64,000 bases of DNA from Epithemia pelagica (taxonomy: Eukaryota; Protista; Bacillariophyta). The notes below the pieces were generated by a model, which was not told the origin of the DNA, ran no database searches, and worked only from the letters and a program-made list of their open reading frames with translations. Positions 11,301 through 21,209 of the stretch are shown piece after piece (position 1 is the first letter of the stretch; every line of letters begins with the position of its first letter). Both the position numbers and the translations under genes were made by a program. The DNA lies in the NCBI GenBank assembly GCA_946965045.2, contig OX337238.1:2542001-2606000 (forward strand), in the 5' to 3' direction.

Positions 11301-14300
11301 CATATCCGACACTTCCGCGAGCCGACTGAGTCGACTACCGACCCCGACGTGATCCGTTCCACAACCGAACGCGAGATCGATTTCCAGTCCGTCCAACCCG
11401 TGACTGACCTTGAGGACATCCAACGACTTCTCGACCTCTTGAACCAGTGCTCGAGACGCCGTTTCATTGTCCAAGCCCTGTTGGGCAACCCTGTGGAACC
11501 CATCCGTATTCGATTCATCTCCTTTGAACGTCCAACCAACTACTTCCACACCATCTGGATCGTCAACTCGACGACGAATCCGCTACCTACCCCGACTACT
11601 CGTCTCGACGAGTACGTCTCCTTTGTTCACGAGATCCATCTCTGCCAGGATTTCCGTGCGACTATCTACCCTCTCTTCACTCAACACGTGAACCACTTGT
11701 TGGAAGACGACGACGTTGAAGAACTAGCCACTACAGTGACCGATTCCGCATCTCGTCTTCAGTACCGAGCCGAAAGTGACCAAGAATAAGTAACTTTACG
11801 TAGTTTCTACACCAAACCAGACACAAGATCGAGTTCCGTCCAAGACTTAAACTCAACGCACATCCGGGTACCCTTGGTCGCACAACACGCCACACATTCC
11901 CGTCAAATCGCGAAAATTCGGCGAAAATTTGTTGAAACTCGGCGAAAATTTGTCGGAATCAACGGAAATTTCCAGGAGTCGCACATCACAACACACATCC
12001 GGGTATCACATACGTGGTACATACGTGGCACACGTGGTACATCCGGGTTCACATCACATCACACATTAAATAAACCACATCACACCGCACATTAAATAAA
12101 CATCGAACCAACCAAATAACATCATGGAAGCGACACCTCCCAAGACACCGTTTACTCCTCCTGAGGACAAGTCAAGTCATATAACAGACCAAGATCTCTT
12201 CGACCATATAACTAAAGGCATCTTTGGTTGTAATGATGAACGAGCCCAATCACTTCAAAAGTGGATGCGACATCATGGTTTTGAACATATCCTTCATGTC
12301 CTCGACCATGTTGCAACTGATCCCAAGGAGACACTCAAGGATCTCATGCAATACAACGTTGGAAAGCAAGTCAACGACCTACAGACAAGTACAAGATTAC
12401 AACTCAAACTAATGGCATATTGGTTACTACAACAACGGCAACTCCAACATGGAAAACTACCCCGTGCTACATGGATGAACCTCACGAGGGACCAATATGA
12501 CGATTGGAGGATCAACACCGACTTTACCAAGTCTGGTATGAACCAAGACCCAGTTTCTCCTCTGAAATCACCTGCACACTCCGTATCATCCCGATCTCCC
12601 ACTACATCCTCTACAACATCTCAATCCATGTTAGATCTCTCTGCTTTCAAGAAAGGAACCAAAAGAGATGCAACAGCATTTGAATCATTCAAAGACGAAC
12701 GATACTTTGATTCGTTTTGGCGTGTATTCAAATCAACTGCGAAAGCACAAGGATTGTCGAATGTTCTTGATTTCAATTACAAGGTACCCAAGGATGACGA
12801 ATGCGCAGAGTTACTTTTCCGAGAACAACAAGTCTTTGTCTATTCTGTACTTGTACGTATTATCCAAACCGACCAAGGAAGAGCATACGTTCGAGAACAT
12901 GAACATGATGAAGATGCAAGAGCCGTCTTGAAGAAACTCCATGTTCTACACACTGAATCTGATCTAGCTAAGCGAGAAGTGTTACGCCTAACAAGCTACA
13001 TTTCGAATCTTCGACTGGATGACTCTTGGCGTGGTACAACTCGTCAGTTTCTCCTACATTTCCAAGAACAGCTACGACTTCTGGATAACCTTGTACCACT
13101 GTCGGATCGTATCCATGACCATACAAGGATGACCTTCCTTATGCAAGCTGTTGAAAAAGTACCTGATTTAAGACGAGTCAAGATCTTGGATAACGTTGTC
13201 AACACAAAATCTGGAGCCAAGTCTCTCTGTTATCAATCATATTTCCGCCTGCTTCTTGATGCTGCTTTTGACCATGACCAAGCTACCCGAACTTCTGCGT
13301 CTAACCGTCGTCGTCATGTAAAGCAACATGAATTTCAGTTGGATGAACCTTTTGAACCAGTGGAGCCCCCTGACTACCAGATCAACAACACGAATATCCA
13401 ATCCGAAAAGTCCCCAACTTCGTCGAAAATCAGTCTTCCAAGAGATGTATGGTTTAAACTCTCTGAAGAGGATCGGCAAATCATTGTCGACTTCAATAAA
13501 TCCGTCCAAGATTCCCCGACAACTCCACGCAAGGTCCAAACACATTCTCTTGACATTGATCCTGAACCGGACCCTGATCCTGATGCCAACAACATTGGTG
13601 ATACCCATCAAGATGCACCAGAACAAGATCCATTCGATACATCCTCTGATCCGGTTACCCAGTTCGTACAGCAGGCTATTGCATCGACAAATATCAATCA
13701 TCCAGCATCTGACCTCAGCAACATCTTGTCAACTTCTACGACAAAGTCAAGTCCTAAAGTCAAGTTCAAGTCTTCTGCCGATCACAAGCAAAAGGTTCAT
13801 ATGTCACGGTATCTATTCTCCCGCAAATCCACCTTTTCTGGTAATCAACTCATCGATCGAGGTGCCAATGGAGGCCTTGCAGGATCTGACATGCGTATCC
13901 TTGCCAAAACCGGACGTCATATTACCATCGTAGGTATTGACAATCATGAATTGACTGGCCTTCCAGTTGTTACCTGTGCTGCCAAGTTTGATACAAGTGA
14001 TGGACCCATTATTGGTATCTTCAATGAATATGCCCACTATGGAAAGGGTTTATCTATCCATGCCCCAGCGCAATTTGAACATTTCGGCCTATCTGTCGAC
14101 GAACGATCCGTCAAGGTTGATGGCAAACAACGCATTACTACCCTTGATGGACGCGCATTGCCCTTACGAATCAAAGATGGCCTTGCATACATTCAATCTC
14201 TGGGAATCCCTTCTGATGACGATATGGATAAATATCCACATATTGTGTTCACTTCACCCCATATCTGGGATCCTTCTGTACTTGACCATACCCATCCAGA

Positions 14301-17300
14301 CCCCCATCAAGACCCTGCACCGAACTGGACATCTGTGGAGACTGATGGTAGTATGGAAACGTACCCCTATGACCAATATGGGGAGTATACCGATCGCGTT
14401 GTATGCACTCTGAATCTCCTCCTTGATCTCCCATATGATCATGGCCCCGATACACCTTCCTTCTTCTCCATCTATGCTGATCAAGATGGCAACGACCCCA
14501 CACTTCATGCGTCTGTCCACAAACTCTACAAGGAACAATACGACTGGAAGAAATTTCGCCCTTTCTTTGGTTGGCAATCGGAAGACGTAATCGCCGATAC
14601 GTTCAAGCATACAACTCGTCATGGACACATTTCCTTTGACCAGGATACCTTGAAGAAACACTTTAAGGCCCGGAATCCTATCCTTAACCTACCACGACGG
14701 CATGAACCCGTTGCCACTGACTCCATCTTCTCCGACACCCCTGCTGTTAACCATGGTGGCAAGATTGCTCAGATTTTTGTTGGTCGTGATACTTTGGTTA
14801 CTGACATTTATGGTATCAAGTCTACCAAGCAATTCGTCAATACCCTCCAGGATAACATTCGTACACGTGGTGTCATGGAGACTTTGATCAGTGATGGTGG
14901 TTCGTCACTTATTTCCCACAAGGTCAAGGATATTCTTCGCACCCTTCTGATTGGTGAATACCGTTCCGAGCCCTATCATCAACACCAGAACAAAGCTGAG
15001 AACCGCTACCAGACCGTTAAGCGTATGACCAACGCTATCATGAATGCCTCTGGTTGCCCTGCTTCTGCATGGTTACTTTGTTTAGAATATGTGTGTGACC
15101 TCCTCAATCACACTTCCTCTCCCACCCACTCTGGCCGCACCCCTCTTGAGGCTCTTACCGGTACCCCACCCGACATTACCCATCTCCTTTTCTTTCCTTT
15201 CTGGGATGAGGTCTACTATCGTGTCGACCCTTCTGAACCTACCTCCGGTTCTTACCCTTCGTCTCCCGACGAGAAGCTTGGCCACTGGGTTGGTTTTGCC
15301 CACAATGTTGGTGATGCCTTTACTTGGAAGATCCTCACTGCCGACAACGTCATCATCTACCGTTCCGCTGTCCGTCGCGTTGCCTCCACTACCCCCAACC
15401 TTCGTGTGGATATCTCTTCAGGGGAGGAGTCGCCGCATAAACCCACTGACAAGCAAGGTGACACTGTCTTTATTCGCAGCAGAAGTGAAGACCCATCCAC
15501 ACCTATGCCAACAATTGACTATGACGATTTAGTTGGACGCACATTCCTTTGTGACACTGAAGAGAATGGGGAGCGCCACCGAGCACGAGTAATCAAACGA
15601 GTTGTCGACCTGGAACAAGATGCAACCAAACAAGAAGATCGACTCAAATACATCTTTCGCAAGTCTAACTCCAATGTTGATGAGATGATCTCCTACAACC
15701 AGCTCATGGAATACATTGAAAGGGATAATCAAGCCCAAACGACAGGGGATAGTCTCTTCCGATTCAGAGACGTTATTGCACACCAAGGACCTTTGAACTC
15801 AAGCGACCCAGACTATAAAGGGAGTAAATATAATGTCCTTGTTGATTGGGAGACTGGGGAGACGACATACGAACCTCTATCTCTTATTGCAAATGATGAC
15901 CCCATCACAGTCGCCATCTATGCCAAGAAAAATGGTTTGCTGGATCTACCTGGATGGAAACATCTCAAGCGATACGTCAAGACAAGCAAAAGACTCATTC
16001 GAGCAGCTAAACAATCCAGGATCAAACAAGTTCGTCGCTCTATCAAGTACAAGTTTGGTTTCCAAGTACCTCGCACCTATGAAGAAGCAGTGGAACTAGA
16101 CAAGCAGTTTGGGAACACGAAATGGCAAGACGCAACAGAGTTGGAACTCTCACAGATCCAATCGTATAACACTTTCAAGAACCATGGAAAAGCCAAGTTC
16201 ATTAATGGGAAATTGGCCAATGCACCAGAAGGATATCATAAGATAAGAGTACATCTGGTCTTTGATGTCAAGCATGACGGAAGGCACAAGGCACGACTTG
16301 TCGCAGATGGACATCTCACCAAGGAACCCGTTGAGACCATCTATATGCAGGATGGCTGTAACTGCTTTCCCAGTAACCATATCATGCATGAGATTTGCGG
16401 TACACCCGTGGACTGGTACAGTAAGCGACAAGCCACAGTGGAGACAGCCACGTATGGATCTGAATTTGTTGCCGCCAGGACTGCAGTTGATCAGATCACG
16501 GAGCTACGCCTTACACTCCGATACTTGGGAGTCCCTCTGCGAGAGAAGAGTTACATGTTTGGAGATAACCGCTCTGTCGTTATCAATAGCACCACACCAC
16601 ACTCAATCATCTCCAAGAGGCACCATCTCCTATCCTATCACCGAGTCCGTGAAGCTATCGCTGCAAAATACGTCGCATTCTACTGGAAAGATGGAAAGAC
16701 AAACCCAGCTGATATCCTCAGTAAACATTGGGAATTCGCCGCAGTTTGGCCCATGCTCAGATCTTTGTTATTCTGGAGAGGAAAAATCCAGGAAAGTGAT
16801 GAGGGAATTGACAAGCCTCATTCGACGAATTGTGGGGAGTGTTAGGATTCTCACCGAAAACTAGGTGGCGAAACCTACAACTCATCGAATGATGCTAGTA
16901 TTTTATGGCATCCGATGACATTTTCCTAAAAGTGAGAAAAGAATGTCGGCATGCTCGCGAAACTATAAATTTGGCCACGGCATGCTCGCAGTGCACGCGT
17001 TATCGGCGACCGCTCGGATATTAACTATGGCCCAACACGTGCGCGCCCAAAACTATCAAGTGCGCGCCTCTACTATCCGAGTACGCGCATCCACGATTCG
17101 ACCTAACGGTCTATGTAATCAAAGCACGAATCACGATCACGCGAGACCATATCTCTGTTCCCACAAATCCAAGAATGCAAACAGCAACGCGCCCAGGACA
17201 AGACTTATACCACGACAAAGCAAGAGCTGTTGCATCCCATACATGTTATCCATCACCCTATACATTCAATATACACCAATGCCGGTCTACTCCAACCAGT

Positions 17301-18657
17301 GAGGACCTATCACACCAGATCCATGGCCGTATGCAAGAGCCAGGACTTCGGCACCGTCAACCACCTTAGTTAGTAATCGTCTCACAATCATTAATATCAC
17401 CATTTTAACACTCACCTTAAGACTTACCTCTTATCAGTGGACCGACTGCCCCCACCCACGGCGGACTTCGACTTGCAACTCTTCTCTGACCCGTGGAGGA
17501 TTGTTGTATCGGTTGGTGATTCGATTGTCGGCTCAGCGAGCCTTTTACCTATCCTAACTATCTGTCTAACCCCTGTTGAATCGAGAGAAGTTTATCAGTA
17601 CCTTGAGCTGCTTTTTCTTGTCAATCAACAACAGAGTCTCACATGAATCCACCCCTTGACCACCAATAACGGCAATGCCAGTTTCGAAGGCCACCATGCT
17701 ACAACTACGGCGTCCCGTGGGCAATGGTGGAAGGTTCCACACAATCCGACGTTCCGTATCCAAAACCTCAACCGTAGCATTCGATCTGATACCACCTGCA
17801 ACAATGATACACGATCCAACTGACACAGCTGCATGAAGATAACGTGCGTCAGATAGAGCTATGTCTGTGCAGGTCGCCCATGCCGACCATGACGAGGAAT
17901 ACACTACAGCAGTAGTCTTCTTGGTCGTATCATCAGAAGTGTCGTCAAAATGTAATGACTCAACCGATGAAAACGCATTACTAACATTGAGTCCTCCTCC
18001 AACAACAAAGATACGGTGACCAATGACAGCACTAGCACAACCATGCCGAGGAACTGTCATGGATGGCCCAGGAATCACAGTTTGGTTGCTTGGCATAACT
18101 GTATCAATTATATCAACCGACGTCAAAGAGTTTTTGTTGAGTCCACCCATGACGACAATAAAGCGATTGTAGACGGCAACAGTCGAACATCCATATCCGT
18201 ACTCTCTCGTAGACAATTGGTAATTCAAGGTCGTCCATTGGTTGCTGGTGGCGCGTACCGATGCCCCTGAAAACAAATGTTCAACATCAATCCGTTCAAT
18301 ACTTTTATTCCTTGCATTGTCTCCTCCAATCACGTAAACTCCTCCGTTACAAACCACCGCAGCATGGAAGCATCTCTTTTCGTTCAACGGCGGTCCTTCC
18401 CGCCATTGTTTGTGTTCTTCTGCCAAATTCAGCAACAGAACGGAGTCGGTATAGCCTTGACCTTGTTTGTTTCCTCCCAGAACTACAACCGTCTGGGCAT
18501 TGTCATGGTCGAGCACAACCGATGCATGACCAGAACGCCATCCACCCAAAAGGGGAGGCCAGTCATTGACATTCCATTGCGGTACGGAATCACTGAGGTT
18601 ATCACTGTTGACAAAGCCAAGTCCGGATTGCTGTGCTTGTTTGTGAAATCGTGTCAT
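8400..18657 (-). CDS. Kelch-helical gene copy C. Exon 1 18657-17602, exon 2 10154-8400. The intron is expanded to 7.4 kb by the copia insertion
   Basis: Exon 1 is 352 codons, MTRFHKQAQQSG..IDKKKQLK. Acceptor TTTACAG|ACA ATG TTT is in frame. Both exons are open. Confidence 0.8.
10238..10995 (+). repeat. 5' LTR (758 bp)
   Basis: TGTTAGGATTC..AAGTTTATCA. The only difference I found from the 3' LTR is A10842 vs G17444 (not exhaustively aligned). Confidence 0.97.
10996..11009 (+). promoter_or_regulatory. Putative primer-binding site complementary to the anticodon arm of tRNA-Asn(GTT)
   Basis: GATTAACAGTCTCA directly follows the LTR. Its reverse complement, TGAGA-CTGTTAA-TC, is an anticodon stem, a GTT loop and the paired 3' stem. 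Confidence 0.6.
11034..11789 (+). CDS. Extra ORF upstream of gag (251 aa, Pro/Thr-rich N-terminal half, unknown function)
   Basis: ATG at 11034 (MSDDDSNLS). Open for 756 nt between the PBS and gag. Confidence 0.65.
   Translation: MSDDDSNLSIRHIFHSFQQSGEELHPPVAHPGEPLVETPKQTPTQASAPNPFQTPDQVVQPPSIPTQPSTPPRRLNPTRTRRTSRLLTAHIRHFREPTESTTDPDVIRSTTEREIDFQSVQPVTDLEDIQRLLDLLNQCSRRRFIVQALLGNPVEPIRIRFISFERPTNYFHTIWIVNSTTNPLPTPTTRLDEYVSFVHEIHLCQDFRATIYPLFTQHVNHLLEDDDVEELATTVTDSASRLQYRAESDQE
12124..16845 (+). CDS. Copia gag-pol polyprotein (1573 aa): gag, protease, integrase with chromo-like C-terminus, truncated RT, partial RNase H
   Basis: PR LIDRGANGG. IN VATDSIF / LISDGG / QNKAENR. Chromo-like YNVLVDWETGETTYEPL. 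RT start VFDVKHDGRHKARLVADGH. RH WYSKRQATVETATYGSEF and GDNRSVV. No YVDD motif. Stop codon lies inside the 3' LTR. Confidence 0.95.
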   Translation: MEATPPKTPFTPPEDKSSHITDQDLFDHITKGIFGCNDERAQSLQKWMRHHGFEHILHVLDHVATDPKETLKDLMQYNVGKQVNDLQTSTRLQLKLMAYWLLQQRQLQHGKLPRATWMNLTRDQYDDWRINTDFTKSGMNQDPVSPLKSPAHSVSSRSPTTSSTTSQSMLDLSAFKKGTKRDATAFESFKDERYFDSFWRVFKSTAKAQGLSNVLDFNYKVPKDDECAELLFREQQVFVYSVLVRIIQTDQGRAYVREHEHDEDARAVLKKLHVLHTESDLAKREVLRLTSYISNLRLDDSWRGTTRQFLLHFQEQLRLLDNLVPLSDRIHDHTRMTFLMQAVEKVPDLRRVKILDNVVNTKSGAKSLCYQSYFRLLLDAAFDHDQATRTSASNRRRHVKQHEFQLDEPFEPVEPPDYQINNTNIQSEKSPTSSKISLPRDVWFKLSEEDRQIIVDFNKSVQDSPTTPRKVQTHSLDIDPEPDPDPDANNIGDTHQDAPEQDPFDTSSDPVTQFVQQAIASTNINHPASDLSNILSTSTTKSSPKVKFKSSADHKQKVHMSRYLFSRKSTFSGNQLIDRGANGGLAGSDMRILAKTGRHITIVGIDNHELTGLPVVTCAAKFDTSDGPIIGIFNEYAHYGKGLSIHAPAQFEHFGLSVDERSVKVDGKQRITTLDGRALPLRIKDGLAYIQSLGIPSDDDMDKYPHIVFTSPHIWDPSVLDHTHPDPHQDPAPNWTSVETDGSMETYPYDQYGEYTDRVVCTLNLLLDLPYDHGPDTPSFFSIYADQDGNDPTLHASVHKLYKEQYDWKKFRPFFGWQSEDVIADTFKHTTRHGHISFDQDTLKKHFKARNPILNLPRRHEPVATDSIFSDTPAVNHGGKIAQIFVGRDTLVTDIYGIKSTKQFVNTLQDNIRTRGVMETLISDGGSSLISHKVKDILRTLLIGEYRSEPYHQHQNKAENRYQTVKRMTNAIMNASGCPASAWLLCLEYVCDLLNHTSSPTHSGRTPLEALTGTPPDITHLLFFPFWDEVYYRVDPSEPTSGSYPSSPDEKLGHWVGFAHNVGDAFTWKILTADNVIIYRSAVRRVASTTPNLRVDISSGEESPHKPTDKQGDTVFIRSRSEDPSTPMPTIDYDDLVGRTFLCDTEENGERHRARVIKRVVDLEQDATKQEDRLKYIFRKSNSNVDEMISYNQLMEYIERDNQAQTTGDSLFRFRDVIAHQGPLNSSDPDYKGSKYNVLVDWETGETTYEPLSLIANDDPITVAIYAKKNGLLDLPGWKHLKRYVKTSKRLIRAAKQSRIKQVRRSIKYKFGFQVPRTYEEAVELDKQFGNTKWQDATELELSQIQSYNTFKNHGKAKFINGKLANAPEGYHKIRVHLVFDVKHDGRHKARLVADGHLTKEPVETIYMQDGCNCFPSNHIMHEICGTPVDWYSKRQATVETATYGSEFVAARTAVDQITELRLTLRYLGVPLREKSYMFGDNRSVVINSTTPHSIISKRHHLLSYHRVREAIAAKYVAFYWKDGKTNPADILSKHWEFAAVWPMLRSLLFWRGKIQESDEGIDKPHSTNCGEC
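16840..17597 (+). repeat. 3' LTR (758 bp)
   Basis: Direct repeat of 10238-10995. Confidence 0.97.
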
Positions 18658-21209
18658 GGTCGTTTTGGTTTCTTGCGCAATGCGATCTTTTCGGTACAAT
18701 GTACTCTCTAGATGGACTGCGACCAATAAATAGCCCCGGGGCGAGAGTGAAGAGACGATGGAAAGGCGTCGCACGGTACAACTATAAAAGGAGCGCGTGA
18801 CGAGCCTTCAAACACGGGACTCGCTTCTCGAGCGAACACAGCAGAAGAGAGGACAGAATGTCGCCCCGCCCCCCGCCCCCGCCGCCCCGGTGTGTCGATC
18901 ATTCGTTGAGGAACAACAGAAAACAACCAAAGGTCGAATCGTCGTTGTGTTCCCGACGATGCCTTTCGTGTCGATCACCCAAAAGTAGAATCTAACAGCC
19001 ACAAACAACAAGCTTCCTCTATCAACTCGTCCTCTGGAGCGGTTGCTTTCATCTTTGGAGCATGACAGAATCGCAGGACAATGCAGCGTCGTGCTCCCTC
19101 CACAGTTGCGGCCGCAGCGCCCGGTCTCACCCAAGACGCATCATTGTCGTCCCACTCCCACTGCTAGTACAGCCGTGCGTCGCAAAAAGCGAAAGGGTCT
19201 GTTGAATTCCAGTCGACGTTCGTTGTCGTTGTGGGACGACGATGGCAACTACGAAGAACCCCTTCCCTTCTATCGAATTTGCCAGTTTCCCGAGGCGCAG
19301 TTCCCATTACACCGAGTTGCGCAAATACAGAAGCAAACGACATGAAATCACACAATGAATGCAACAATCAATCAATCAATGGAAGAACAGAAGAGAACGG
19401 TTTGGATATGATTGCATCTGACCAACAGCCAATTCTAATGGAGAAAATCGTGTCAGGGAGACAACCGGCTTGAAAAAGCAAACCTTCAGTGTCTCCCCCC
19501 AAAATGAATAAGCACGGACACTTTCTTCTTGTATCCAATTCTTGGGGACGTTCTAGTTGACGCCTGCAGCTTCTCGAAAAGCGACTATCGTCCCACGCAT
19601 TTTGTGTCATGTCGCCCATCAGACCAACTACAACAAGACAATATCATTGCATGATTCCAATTGAAGATGAGTCTTCTTTTGCAAAAGACGCGAAGAAAAG
19701 CAACTGCGCATGTTTCTCACAAGTCTCATCTCCTCGTCACGAACAGCAACCAATACTACGGAACCTACTCATTCTCACACAAAAAAGGGCGATGAAGATG
19801 TAGGTAGGTAGTTGTCCATGTCACTTGTCCTTATATCTTGTCTCCATTGGATATTGGCACATAGCAGGGAACGTCGTCGTCGTCTTTGTTGTTGTGTTCC
19901 CACCGATCTAGAGAAGAAGAACAACAAGCAAAAAACAACATGCTTCGTCCTGTATCAACTCGTCCTCTGGAGCGGTTGCTTTCTACAGCTTCATTGGATC
20001 TTTGGAGCATCGCAGAAATGACACACAGAATGACACGTCGTGCTCCTTCCACAGTTGCGGCCGCAGCGCCCGGTCTCATCCAAGACGCATCATCATCGTC
20101 CACTGCCACCTCCAGTACAGCCTTGCATCGCAAAAAGCAAATTGCCGTTCGACGATGCAACAAGGAAGATGATGAATTGGAACCACTTTCCCTTTCACCA
20201 GATTTATCGTATTTCCGAGGCAATGGAGACCATGTGATCGAACGCAAGAGGGTTACGCTCGACTCAAACAGTGTCGTGCCAAAGTTTTGTGGAAGGCGAT
20301 GGAATGTGTGATTCCTGACGTCCGAGAACGTGAACGAACACCCCTGACGCATCGACGGTACAATCAACGGTTTCGGGGAACCGATGAACCGGCACCCTCC
20401 GACAATCAAGATATCTGGGAGTTGACCGGCGCCTTGACGCACATTCAAGATTTGTTGGCGTATGGCGGTACGTTGCAGAAAAAAGGACATGCGAGCTATT
20501 GTCAGCTTCAATTGAGAGTCTCGAATTTTTTTTGTGGTGGCACTGGTAGTGGTGGTTCCTGTTTCTGTTACAGAGTCTCGCAGTTTGTGGTCTTCTCCTT
20601 GATGCTATTTGGGTGTTCTTATTGTTTGGTCCTACGACATTCCTGCCTTTCGTCGGACCATTTTTTGTAGATACCACCTTTCCCGGCATTGGAGTAGCAA
20701 TCAGTGGGACGATTGCGGCCCTCACGTTGACGTCCGTGGCACAGCACACACAACTCCTGAAGACACTCCAACAACAAGGAGCACTTCAATAGTAATAGAC
20801 TGGTCCTGGGGTGTACACATGATATTCGAAAGCACACACTCTTCCACTTTGTGTCAACTATATGCTAGTGTAGTCATTCCCTCGATGTCGTGCTTTGTGG
20901 CAGACATATTGTGACCTAAACGAAAAGGAGAAGTACATGGAAACAGACCTGGAAGGGGTACCTTTCAAGGAGAAACAGATGAGTATTTTATCAATATATG
21001 GGATTCAGCATATCCGAGAAAGATGCTCCAATACAAGTGTCGAGCCATCGCTGCCTAAATTTCCATCCGCATTCCTTGTGCTCCAGTATAAAAACAACGA
21101 TAAATAGTGTACACAACAACCCGTGAACCTCATGAGCGCTTGTGGAGACACATCGGCTGAAACAGCGTTCCATTATTCAAAAAGAAAACCATGTAAGATC
21201 TGATTGAGA

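Larger units (their letters stand above)
10238..17597 (+). mobile_element. Ty1/copia LTR retrotransposon (CoDi-like), non-autonomous because the RT core is deleted
   Basis: 758-bp TG..CA LTRs. 5-bp TSD GTACC at 10233-10237 and 17598-17602. Gag-PR-IN-RT-RH order. PPT GGGGAG before the 3' LTR. Confidence 0.97.
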
